From Acanthaster planci (taxonomy: Eukaryota), in the NCBI RefSeq assembly GCF_001949145.1, contig NW_019091358.1:992961-1056960 (forward strand): a stretch of DNA of 64,000 nucleotides, written 5' to 3'. A model generated the notes under the pieces. The model made no database searches and was not told the DNA's origin. It saw nothing but the letters and a program-made list of their open reading frames with translations. The first letter of the stretch is position 1; each line of letters opens with the position of its first letter. The position numbers and the translations under genes were made by a program. Shown here piece by piece: positions 37,871 to 50,700 of the stretch.

Positions 37871-40694
37871 CAAAAGACTCGCGAAAAAACTACTATTGTG
37901 GCATTTTTGACACAGTTCATTAACAGAGGTTATTGCAAAATGTTGCCACACTTGTTCACTGAGACTTTCAGAGCATCGACAGTTTGCCATGGGTTCAACA
38001 TATTAATTTATGTCATTTACTCTTCCGAATAAACTATTTAGTTTAGGCTTTGAGAAGGACTCTTGGGGTGTGGGGCACCGTCGTAGGGCCCAAGGGGGTC
38101 ACGGGTGACCCCACTGCCATTGACCCTTCCCTCAATCACACACAGACACTGCATCAATCATGTTCAATATCCCTGATCCTGTGGAGAAACCTCGTCCCTG
38201 CGTCTTGGTTTGTATAATGCGGGATTGGGGCACCTCCGATTAAGTGCCTTCTGCGGGGAGGGGGGCTATACTGACCGTGGTTGTCACATGCTGTTGGTTG
38301 ATATTTCGATATCGCGTTCGAGACCACTTATGATAAAATTATAGCGGAACGGCGGATCTTTCAGCAAGCACTTAGTCCGTATTAATCGTCATATTAGTGA
38401 CCCCCCGAAAACAGCTCCCAGGCATCATAGCCTTGGGTTTGTGTAATTGATCTATACAGGCAAACTTATCCAGAAGTCCGAAATATTTAGCAAGGGCACT
38501 GTTGCAACGCTACCGTCAGTGAATTAATTGCAACAGGGAAAACAGCACAAACAATGATTAGGGCATGTCTGTGTATTGAATGACTGGGATATTACGGATG
38601 GAAGGAAGCCAGACGGCATAAGCGATGTTGAATGCGCAACTACGTCACTTTTTAAAACTACTACTGCGACTAAGCTCTCAAAAGGAATTATGGCAGGAAG
38701 CAAAACACGACTGCTAGTGCCAGGGTTTCTCCGGATCTCGGAACTTTCACGGATCTGAAGTAATCAGCAGTTGACTGTTTTGTTCATTCAGGTACACAAA
38801 TGTTATCCAATCACCTGGGACTATGTGAACTCGACTCAGTTCGCGTAGTTCAAGGTTATAAGTCACGTAGCAGTTTTGCTGGCAGTAGGCCTACAAATCT
38901 GTCAACAACAAACCATAGACCATGCGAAGGTCCACCGATTTAAGGTTCACTTAGTGATGCAAACAAGTCTTCGCTTGTAAACAACAAAAGCTAGAGTTCA
39001 CGCAATGCCCAGATCACAGCCGTATATGAATTGTGACCCTGAGTCAGTGAATTTGTTCTCATTGTGTGAATTGAGAGTTCAGAGTGACGTTTTCTTAAAA
39101 ATTAACCGACAGCACTATGAATAAGATCATTGTTGTCGTTTTGTACACAGCGCCCTCAGTCGATCAGATGTAGAGCGGTTGGCTCTTTGAACAACGTAAC
39201 CGGAACTACCGCACGCTCGCCGCAGGCACAGTGCACTGTGCACTGTCCCAATTCAAGGAAAATTCTCCGCCGAACTGAGGCGCTAGCTTCAAAAGTACCC
39301 TTATAGTTTCTTTTTAAAAGAGGAGCCTGTGTGGGCCAAGAAATTGTGGGATTGTGTATGGCCGGGGATCATCTCTATAGATCAGAGGCTCCCGTCCGGG
39401 GGGAAAGCAGACAAAAATGTTTTTGAAAAGTGTCAGAAGAGCCTGAGAAAGTTGAGGGATGTCATTCGCAAATGGCTGCTAGGAAGACTTGGGAACGTTC
39501 ACTTTGGTGGGGGTGGGTTTGTTTTGGCGGATTATTAAAAAAATAATCGGTTAACCTACTACACTTTGAAAATCAAATAAAATCCAAAAGACCAAACAAC
39601 ACGTTATTTTTGTTTGAGAAGCCTCAGGGACTTGCCAGTTGTAATGGGGCTCCAAACTTTGTTCATACACTGTTTTCAATGGAGCTCAAATTAGTTCAGT
39701 GCACCCAGACAGAATTTGGTCTGCGGATGCGTTTGTCCCCAAATGTTGGTTCAACAGAAAGAGGCTAATGAAGCTTCTATTAAGAGCCAAATTTGAGGTG
39801 CCACAACCAGTTTTAACATCTCGACATACATAAAACAATGTGGACTCTGTAAGCTGAAAAAAAATCAACTAAAAAATGTAATTCTAGTCAACAGTTATTT
39901 GACACAATGTTTTTCGTAAGACTTGCAACCATTCTCGACTTTATTGATTTGCCCAGATTCGTTTGTTACCTTGATAAAAAGTCCATCAATTCACAACCGG
40001 TCCACAGGCCAGAGCATTTATCATCGAATGGCACCTCACAGGAAATGAATCTTATATACTGACGGTCGATAGACAAGTTATCACAGTTTGTCCATCTTCC
40101 AATCGTCGCTCCATCTACTGACGTTAGATATTGACGAGAATTCATAATACGTGTACGTCAATACATGTACATGTATATTTACATAAAATCCCATTAAGCT
40201 ACTAGTAACCGCAAATAGATCTTTTTTTATACATTATCTAAAATCTTCACTGTTACCAATTTGTCATGATATAAACCAGACCTGCCACAAGGAATCGTTT
40301 CGTGTATAACCAAAAAAACTATTGAAAGTATATTAATCGGCTTTGGCGGGACTTATCCGGCTGTGGCAACTGATCGGCAGCTGCTTGCATTTCAACAACT
40401 TGACGGACACGAGTTTTTGACGAGTGACCGGAGAGGGGACTTGACAGAAACCCATTTGGAAAAAAAAATCACAAAACGGATTTCTGGGAAGAACATCTAT
40501 CGGCTTTAATCATCATCGTACCATTCCCTTCCCGTATACAAAGGAAAGTGATTTGATTATCTTGACTTCGGTTCTCGATTTCAATTCAAACATTTTGCAT
40601 ATCGAAAATTATTTTGTCACGCAGACAGTGTGACCGGTGTTCCCAAACACATTTCTTTCTTTTTTTAATAGCGACTGAACCTCGCTAGTGATGC

Positions 40695-40768
40695 AATACG
40701 GGCGTTTTACAATAGTGCGCCTCCAAGAGTTTGCAATGCGTTCACCAATCACAAGGCGCGAAATCTGT
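40695..40768 (+). repeat. Dispersed repeat fragment (copy of 3634-3708)
   Basis: Clear co-linear similarity to 3634-3708 over ~75 bp. Confidence 0.8.
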
Positions 40769-42236
40769 CGACCCTTTCCAAACGCGCATTGGGTCAACAG
40801 ATCTTGGACTCGGGACCTGAAATTTCTGCCCCGTGTCCAGTCTTGCTACATATTTGTTCAGTTTTGTACAGACTCAGTCTCGCGTTGAAGCCCTCAAGTG
40901 TTCCTGCATTACGTCACTGAGCTATAACCAATTATAATGAAACTCCTTCAAAACAAAAACAAGTAAAAAAAATCGGATGCCCTTTAAACCCGAACTCGTT
41001 TTTTAATTCCTCAAAATAACCCGTTTCTAACACTGAACTAGCCCACTAGATGTTCTTTTGCCTAGCCAAGTCAGAAATCCACTTTTTTTCACTCTTTGAG
41101 TCCGACGGTGTCTCATCCTTCAGTTGAGTGACCTGTCTGTACATTATAGGCTGCTGGGGGATCACCCGCCCTCCACGAGACGCACCAATGATACAAAGTC
41201 TTTGCGCATTCACATTTCTTTTTCTCATACAAAAGACAATAAGCCAAAAACAAGTAACCAGCTTAGTTATTGTTGCTTGACGAACGATAATCTTTCGCTA
41301 AACAAATTTTTCCAATACCTTTTCCCCAATAATTTTCGGCGACACGCTTGGCTTCCAATGACTCCAATTACCGGCACTTATTAGCTACCGTGTATTACAA
41401 GCAATTAAATTATTATTGCACATGCAAACGATTCATCAAAATATCGCAAGTTCCTGCCCAGCATGTAGTTAACACTTCGTCGTTTCCAACAGTCCATAGG
41501 CTTACGACAGCCTAGCCGAAGATGCTAATAATGACGATCGCGATAATGATGATGGCCGTGATGACCTCCGCGCCGTAAGACACTTCTTAATTCATTTTGA
41601 CGGTGATAATTTTGTCGATTCGGTTGAGCCAACAGGCGGCAAGGGGCCCTCTTCCATCCAGCGCCCGTCCTGCGGCACTCCAGAGACTTGAAGCAGACGA
41701 GCCTGACAATTTTTTTACACTATTAACATTACTGGGCTGCTCGCTGTTATTTCCCGAGTGACCAGGCTGGGGCAGGCGGCAAGATCCCAATGTTGGACTT
41801 ACCAGATTGCTGTTTTTATTGACGTGTTCCGGTGGGTTTTGTATCTGTGACGTGTGTGTGTGTGCCGACCGCGGTGCTGATCAAGCCAGTAAACCCAGCC
41901 GCGAGTTGGCGGAAGCGGAGAGGTATCTGACCGGTCACACGAATGCGGGGAGGTCCACTGTAGGAACGGGAACCTCCGAAGTTGGGGGCACAGTGGGGGA
42001 AACGACACTTTTGCCGTCTTTGACCACGAACAAAGACTATACGCGATGTCATGTATGGGTGAAATTTTATGTTTTCCGAGCAGACATCGTTGGGCATCAA
42101 ACCTTTCTCAAAATGTGTATTCACTTTCAAGAACTAACAGAATAAAGTGAAATGAAGTATTGAAATTAACAAGTTCATCAAATGCCAACTGATAGGACGC
42201 GATTGGGGCTCCTGTGGGAAACTTATTTGGTGGTGG

Positions 42237-42486
42237 CAGCGGCGAGTATCCAGTAGGGGAGGAGGGAGGAGGGGCAGGGGGCAACTTGCCCCCTGACGGA
42301 TTTTGTTTAAATTTATCTTATCTTATTTTCAACTGAAAATACATCATAGGTGAGTAGGAGAGAAACTGATCGGTATATTTATTTATCAAATAAAGAGGAT
42401 ATGTTTTTTCTCATGTTGAATGAGCCCGAAAGTGCATTCGTTTTAAATATGCCCCCATCCGACATCAAAAGCTGTATACGCAACTG
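42237..42486. mobile_element. hAT-type MITE (250 bp) with 8-bp TSD GGTGGTGG
   Basis: Imperfect TIRs CAGCGGCGAGTATCCAG / CTGTATACGCAACTG. GGTGGTGG is duplicated at 42229-42236 and 42487-42494. Confidence 0.85.
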
Positions 42487-45400
42487 GGTGGTGGCTAATA
42501 GGGGGAACACTGACATATATCGATGATCTTTTGTTGTCATTTATTTACTGAATGTTAAAATTTGTAAGTAAATCTTGTTAATTTCAATTAAAAAAGACAC
42601 AATTTTCAATTACGACCAAAAGCATCCCTACGAACCGCCCTGCATATTTCGTCCCCAACATCATGCAATTCTTCAATTGATTGGTTTGTCCATCCATTGT
42701 TGTCCGCTCTTTGCAAGTCAGCTGGTTAAAATCAGGTAAGGAACTTAGGGCCAAGGGAGGCGACACTTTCCGGCCGGATCATCAATACTTGAAATTTCTG
42801 CGCAATATGCCCAGGATCATTGATGTCTGGACGGACATTCATGACCGGTACTTCTTTTAAGCCCGATCGAGGCCGTCAAATTTAAACAGTATATATGCAC
42901 TGCCCCCAAAGTTGATTAGTGCCTTCCCCTATGTATGTCCTTGTCCGCCGTCTCTTTAGGGGTTTGGACGGGGGTCCCGCTTCAGCAGGTCCCTTGGCGA
43001 AGCAAACGACAGGTGTCTGAATTGCTCACTCGAAAGCAATCAATTAACACCACTGAAGTGACCTCATGAAACTTGTTCCCCAAAGATCTCTCCGCATTGT
43101 AAAAAAGGGCTCGATTAGTTTGCATCAATATTGTTGGATTCTTCGTGCAAGAGTCAATGAATGCTCGAGCATGACCCTTTCCTGGCCTGAATCACGCATG
43201 AGTAAAACTGTCAGATTTATTTTGCATGTTCCCCAGATCTGATTTATTTTGCATGTTCCCCAAAAAGATGAAAAGTAGACATGGCCAGCAAAAACAAATA
43301 TTAGAAAAACGAAAACGAAAAACACCAATTGTCCTGTATTCAGCATTGCAAGCAACGTTTCCCGATAGCCACAGTAATGTGAAGAGGAAACCGGGGCAAG
43401 GGCCAGAAAGGTGCTTTAAGCATTGATGAAAGAAAGGTTATTTTCCCATCCACCCCTTACCCCTAAAAATGGCCATAAAGTGTAAACGAAAGAAATTCCC
43501 AGTTTGTTTAGCCCCGTACCAAAAAAAAAAATTACCACCTATAAAAATTTGTTTTGACCCCATGAAATTCGACATTTCTGGAAATCAGGGTAGTTTAGAG
43601 CCAAAACCAGTCTTGAACTCCGAATACACGCGGATCCGATACTTTTGTAACCGCTTGTCACAATCTGAAAACTCGTATCTCTCTTCTTAATTCACACCCC
43701 CCCCCCAATCCTGGAGGTCATTGCCTCAAAGCTTGACAATTTTCATCTGCCTCAGCTATAATTCCCCTACCCGGTTCATTTTGTTTCCTGTAAATAATGC
43801 ATATCTGCATGTTCGATTATACATGTATGCCTTTGTGCCGATTCCGCAACATCGACAGTAAATTAAACAAACAGGTATTGGGCCTACGGGCGCTGGGTCT
43901 GTCCCCAAGTGAAGTCAGTCCGAATTATGCGAACACGGACGGGCACAATCAGAGACACGGCTGGAAGTGCGGCGCGGGTCCCGGTGTAACCCCCCCCCCT
44001 GCTCGTGAAATGCGCGAGGCTATCTTATTAGCAGAAAATGTGTTGCGAGGAGTCGGCTGAAATAAAAGGCGACAGCCCAAATCGCTGCTTAACAAGTTAT
44101 ACACTTTTTGCAAACACGGGGACCAGGCCTGCCCGCCTTGTGGATATTTTCTCCACGACTTCCTCTTCCTGCGACGAATTAGAACTAAATGCTGCCCATT
44201 ACCGCATTCAAAACCTCGCAATGTTGGCCAGTCTTTTCGTCTCTCGCTTCTCTGGGCGCTGTACTTAGACCTCTCATTACTCAATAATCGAGTTGTTGAG
44301 AGCACACGTGCCTCTAATTGTAGAGGAGTTGCCGAGGGTACAGAGAAAGGGGGTGAGGTGTTCGAAGCTGGTTTTGCAATCTCCGTGAAGGATTAAGTTG
44401 TCGTACTTCGGTACTTCGCGGTTCCGCTCGCGTGCTCCCACTTCAACGTCGCACGTGGACAGGGTCAGCTGTCTTCATTTCACGGTAGCACCTCCTTTGC
44501 CGGTACATGCCGCTCGACTTCCCCGCACGGTCTTCAAGATATACATCATTGATGCCATAATTCACAACGTTTTGTAAAATTTATGAAGGGGATCTGAGAT
44601 TTACTTGCGCCAACGGTTCGGGCAAAGTGATACGCATGTATTGTTTAGGCGCTGCCCCAGCGTAAAATTTGGTTAAGTGCACGTGATTAAAGAAAAGAGT
44701 GCCTACCAGCCACGTGTTATTGGTGAGGTACACGTCCTTATATCAAAAACATAGGTCTACGGCAAAAACCAAGTAAGGCGGAACTGTGCTGTGCTGATCT
44801 GAGCACAGCTTTACCTCCTTTTTGGCGTTGAGTCTCAGATTCGGGAATTATTTTACCCCCCGGCTGAGACCAATAGGTTAAATGTAGATCTATTGTTGGT
44901 GGGGAAAAGATTGAAGTGAAGGCTTGGGCTATAGTTTCCCACAACAACCGGCTTGAGTTGAGGCCCAAGAAGACATGGAACCAAAATTCTGAAGGTCTAT
45001 ATTAAAGCACATTGTTACGCACTTGACAACGCCACATGCCCCCCACCCCAGTTTTCCAGGAACTTTTGTTCGCCATAATAGGGGGCCAGGGGTGCAACTA
45101 TTTTTATTTCTTCATCAAAATTTAACATCTCGTCATCATAGCGTTATATTCATCATCATAGCATTATATCGTTTTAAAAGTTTCAAAAGTGAAAAGGCAC
45201 AAAATTTGCTTCTGTAGAACGTTACAAGTCCAGATAATGACGGTGAACTCTGATGGTCTATGATTGGCTGGAAGTTATATCTTTGCGTGAGGCTAACTGT
45301 GAAGCGTGGCCAATTATATGCAAGAGGTGCAGATAAGTACTTGGCAAGTCCAAACCTTCCCCAGTGCTTCCGAACTGCGTGCGTCCACGATTGGCCCAAT

Positions 45401-47625
45401 CTCTGAGGGTGGAGCCAGAACAGCGCGCGCTGCAAGATTAGCGGCTTAAGTTTTATGCATAAGGTCACGGACAAAAGGATAATCGTGGAACAGGAAGAAA
45501 AGCAGCATCTCGTTCGGTTTACTTTTCTACCGAAGGTTGTAAACCTGACGTAATGCGTCTTAGGTGAATGAAATCTAAATAAAGCCTTGGAAATGGGAAA
45601 TGCGTGGCCTCGATCGAGAGAACAAATGCCTATGAGTCACCGACCGAAAAGTTTGAGCCGCGATCCTTTGTTCCCTGATTGCACGGGGGAATTCCTACTC
45701 CATTGGTGATTTCCTGTGTACTGTTGTTGTTTACTTAAGCTTGGCTGACCATTTCTCTGGTCATCATTGTGTCAAGTGTCAGGGAATTATGACGGCCATT
45801 TATACAGTCTTGGGTCATTCATTCACAGGGCTTGACCACAACTGGGGTTCGCCCTTGGCACCGGACTTTCTTGGAAGCGGGGTGAAAAGGTGACAGCGCC
45901 ATCGCGCGTTGACATACCAAGCCCGCATTCTTCAGTGTTGACAACGTCACAAATTGCGATCATGTTTTAATTACAAGCAAAACGAGAATGCATAGCCTTG
46001 ACCGCCAGCCGTCAGTTTGGTAGTGGTGTACGTGTGACCTGGCACGAACGGACTGTGGTAACTTAACATTCTTGATTTTTTTTTTCCATTCTTTTACCGT
46101 GGTGAGGTCAAAAGCATGTTTTTGTCCTTTAACGAGCGATTGATTATTAGAGCGAAAGTGCACGCAAACGCCAATCTTTGTGCTGGGAATTCGCGACATT
46201 CGCCAGTGTTGGAATGTGTTGAATGTGTGAATTTGCAGCCGAAATTAAACTTTGATCAGACGTCATAATTTCTCGTTCGTCTTCGATTCGCTGAGCAGAT
46301 TTTACTGTCACAGCGAAGGTTCTCATTTCTAACTTGACATCTGTTGTGACCTAATGTTCGCTTCATGGCCTAAACCTCCCGTAATTTGGATTGAAACATG
46401 CAAGTTCGATTAATAAACGAGGCACTTTCACATTATTCCAGAAATCTGTCAACTCTGAAGACAAAATGCCCCGGCACTCATTGATTAATCAATGCACATA
46501 GCTAAAGCATGTAGGAACAAAATGGGAACCCATGTTTTATCTTGTTCTCCGAATATATCATATCATGGACTCTGGAGGTGTTTTCCTACCTCCATGATCA
46601 TATTCAGTATACCGGTACTCTGTGAAATGGGGTGATGTCAGACTATGTGGGGTTCCAGACATCACTTGCACTTGTTACATGTGGCTCGAAATATTTAGAT
46701 ATAATTTATTGCAAATTTGAAATCATTGTAACGAATTCGTATCGAACTTTTATTTCGTCGCTGTAATTTCTTTACCCTCAGGTTCCCAAAATGAAAAGTT
46801 TTACCTCACTTTCAATTCAAGATGGCCGACACGTGAAAACAGTCCAGTGACGTAAGACGAGCCTTTTTATTAGCGAGGGTATAATCGACGAAAGGGATTT
46901 CTCCCCGCCCGCCTACCCCGCATTATACTTACCACCCCATAGCCGAGAACTGCGTGCACTATGTCCACTCCCACTCAATAATAGATGAAGACATCTCCTA
47001 CAGGAGACAGCCCCTTCTTGAAGCCGTGACAGCCGGGCATTTCCTTAACGTCCCCAGTGTTGGAAGGGAATGCATGCAGGGGGGCTGGGGTTAAGAGCCT
47101 CCAGCGGATGTTGTTATCAATATGATAAATATTTTGTGGGCGCAATTAACGAGTCAGACCTGGGTGGTATTTAATGTGCATGATGCATGCGCCTGGATTA
47201 CCAGCACCTGTCTGCCCATAACCAGTCAGAAATCTTGGGTCAGATGTTCTAAATCAATTCTGATGTTCTGACTTTATTCTGTGTGACGGGATGCTGTGTG
47301 CCTTGTCTGGAGCCATTTATTAATCAGTTGAATTAGTTAGTTAGAAACCTGCCTTTGATCGACACGTGGCGAATAGGGCCAGCGATTTCTAACTGAATTA
47401 GAAATAATTGCAATACTGCCATCAAAATGTTGCACTCTCTTCATTTTCGAGCGCCTCGTGAATCTCTCGTTCGTTTTCTTTGAAATACAGAGAAAACATT
47501 TAGGACAATGGTTGAGATTTCTTTTGATTTGTTTTGTTGAGTGCATTGTGACAGACAGCCAAAACACTAATTTACCACAGACACGTCAGAATTACTTTTT
47601 TCTACTTGAAAGTGCAACCCCTTCC

Positions 47626-47700
47626 CGCCCCTCCCCAAAACGCCCCTCCCCCAAACGCCCCTCCCCTAAATGCCCCTCCCCTAAACGCCACTCCCCAAGC
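47626..47700. repeat. Five tandem copies of 15-bp CGCCCCTCCCCHAAA
   Basis: Units start at 47626, 47641, 47656, 47671 and 47686. Confidence 0.95.
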
Positions 47701-50700
47701 ACCTGACGTGCATATACTTTTGGGCAGTCTCAAACGCCTCAAACGCCTCGCCTGTTTGTTCCAACTTCGAATTCCAATCTCGAAAATGGGCCAAAATAAC
47801 CTCCGTCGTTATTATCGCATATGTTAGTGTTTTCACAATTACTCTGTTATATGACATGGCTTAATGGTTTCTTCCTAGCAGGGTTTCATATCCTCATAGT
47901 ATACTATAAATAGTATTATAATTGAGACATCTGTTAAGCAATCGGACTTTGACGGACAGGTGGTGTTGAAATTAACTTCCTTGTCAGTTCTGTCGGCTGA
48001 TTCCGGTAACATTTGGCGAATTTGGGTAGAATTCACCCAAAAGTTTATAGTACATGTATTTTATCCAACTTAGAACTAATCACCCGTTTTCGAGTGTGAG
48101 GAACATGTGTAGTTGAATATTTAACAATGTTTAAGGAAGGTGGTGACTCCCCCCCCCTTGAAAAAAGAGAGACAGGCAACCCGAGAGACAAGTAAAAAAT
48201 TAATTCCTGTCTAACTGATGCATTGATAAAAACTGATCAAAACAACAGATGAACCCCTCGGACAATAACCGGTGATTGGTATTTGATAACTGGATTGCGA
48301 CACCCGTCGTAATTACACCTTACAAGATTTTTGTTGTGTCGTATCGACACCTCACGAGATTTTTGCTGTGCTTGTTTAATATACATTTTTTTCACCCAAC
48401 TTGATTGAAGTGACAAGACAAAAAAGTACAATTAATCTTTAAAACAAGGCGCTGCTACTGAGTGGCTGAAGACTAAAGGCCTGGGGGTACGGTGCCGCGG
48501 TGGTTGTACATAATTCAGCGGACGATTGAAGCTGCCAAATCGACTCAGATCAGGCCCTCGTCCAGATAACACATCCCCCTCAAACAAAGGGTCCCGGCGT
48601 TTCCATTACGGCATTATCAAGTTTACTTACGGCCAATGGATACATTGATGTCAAACCAAGCGGAAAGGTTACCCACAGGAAAAAAGAAGGAAAATGAATA
48701 ATTCTCATCCACAGATATAATTTAGTCTTAAGTTTTGACCGGCCTGCGCATTGTGTTTATGTGGTATGAAATATCCATGTTGGATACGCGTTGGCCATGG
48801 GGTCAATAGTCGCTCAGACTTTGACTCCGGTTCAACATGCAGGCGTTTGTGGGGACGCTCGAGGGCGTCTTAGAAATCTTGCATTTTACGCCGACATATA
48901 CCTCCCGTATCAAAAGCTTTATGACGCCACATGCAATTGCCACCGAAAACACTCGAAAAGCCCCAGCCTGATCAACGGGGCATGCTGACTTTTATTTCCC
49001 TCCTTCCGTTACCCCCGAATTACAACTTCATCATCACCGAGTAAGCGGGAATATGCAATCAGCCTTTCGTCAATAAAGAAAAATTCTGTAATTGCAAAAC
49101 TGTCTGCCTTGCGCTGTTTACTCGTGGAAAAATAATGACCGGGAATTCATGCATCTTAATTGGCCCGTCATTTCTGGTTGGGAGTCCCGGGCCGTTCCGG
49201 GCGTCATCATTTGAATACCATCGCCTTTCATGTACACAACAATCCACTGCGGGATTTCAGCCCCAAAAGGCTCGCCGTAAGCCATGGCCCATGTATAAAT
49301 TCGCCCATGTTACTTTCCGCGATTGTGGAGTTGAAGCGTAACGTTCCCCGGAGTCCACGCTTCTTCTCATTTCGGCATTATGCAAACAACTTCTTTCTCC
49401 CCCATCAGCGTAAAAAAAAAACCCGAGACGGTTACCGTGTATACACACAAGAGTGTAATCGACGTTGTGTATCGCGCAGAATCGGAGGACGTCTCATAAA
49501 TTCCATTGCCGTCGCTTTATAAATCTGTCTAGATCCCCCCTCCGTGTCTCTCTTGAGACGCGGAGGCTGTCTAGAGATCGCCTTCAGGCCTGTATTTAAA
49601 GAAGTCCGCTGCCAACACAGATCACAACAGCAAACATTTTCTTAGCCATGCTTTCTTTACCTTGCTAGTTGGAGTGGAGTTTGTGGGTTCCCGGTCAGTG
49701 ACCTGGAGGAGTTTTCCAGTTTAGTTGGACTTTGTCTGCTCTGTAAATTCAGCTCACAGGATGCTGCTCAGGGAGCGTTGTCTGGACATAGGCCACAACA
49801 GATCGTGTTTTTATGCATTACCTGTTGAGCCTTTGATCAATACCAGGCATCTCTGAATAAGATGACGCAAATGGAGAGTAATGTATGAATTGCTGAATAC
49901 TTTTAGTCAAGTCGGCCGAAAATGCCACTGTGATAATAACCTCTGAAATTAAAGAAAGGACGCGAAAATATGTAACCTTTAAGTGAAAACTATGCCGTGT
50001 TTTACCTTGTGCATGAGGGTCTGTACAGAATAATGAAGGTGTATTATGAATCGCGGGCGAAAAGCGATCGATGAGGGGCCAGCCGTCGAAAGTGAAAATT
50101 AGACGGTGCGCGCGTGGGAGACCGTCCCGCGCTCCAATCGTGGAGTGTTTGCCCTGTGATTGAGTTGCTGTACCTCTCTGCGAGGAGGGAAATCTTCTCG
50201 TGAACGGAGGTCCTAAAGCGACGGGGTAAATATCCTACAGGCATCCCAGGGTACGGTGCCCAGTGATACTGTCAAGGTCAGGAAGTCGCCGTCACTTTCA
50301 TCTCGCGGAGATGAAAAGCAAAATGAGATTGCCCGTAGCCGTTTCCCCGGGCACCCCGCCGAAGTAATTGCGCAAGGTTGTCCCAGGCGAAGAAAAGACA
50401 GGAGGACTCCAAGGTATAACTTCCAATCTGGGCAATGGCTTTCGGGCAGGAAACAGCCAGTGACACTTTTACGGCTGGGGACATGTGACAGGTACCCCTA
50501 TAGATGCGCACCTGTTAATCAACTTGATGACCCACTCACGTACCGGGCAAATCATCTTTCCGCGCTATCCCATCTCTCTTTGTACCGCCAATTCAAGCGA
50601 GGTTCTATGGCGGCTTTTTCACACCGTCCACCGCTAGGGAGACAGCGTCACTTCTCGTAGCCAGGCGGGATGCATTTGGACTTGATCCCTTCTTTTAGAA

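Noticed and set aside
38095..38112. GGGGTCAC-GG-GTGACCCC palindrome resembling an oestrogen response element
   Set aside because: The spacer is 4 nt rather than 3, and it sits in repeat-like context next to a MITE.
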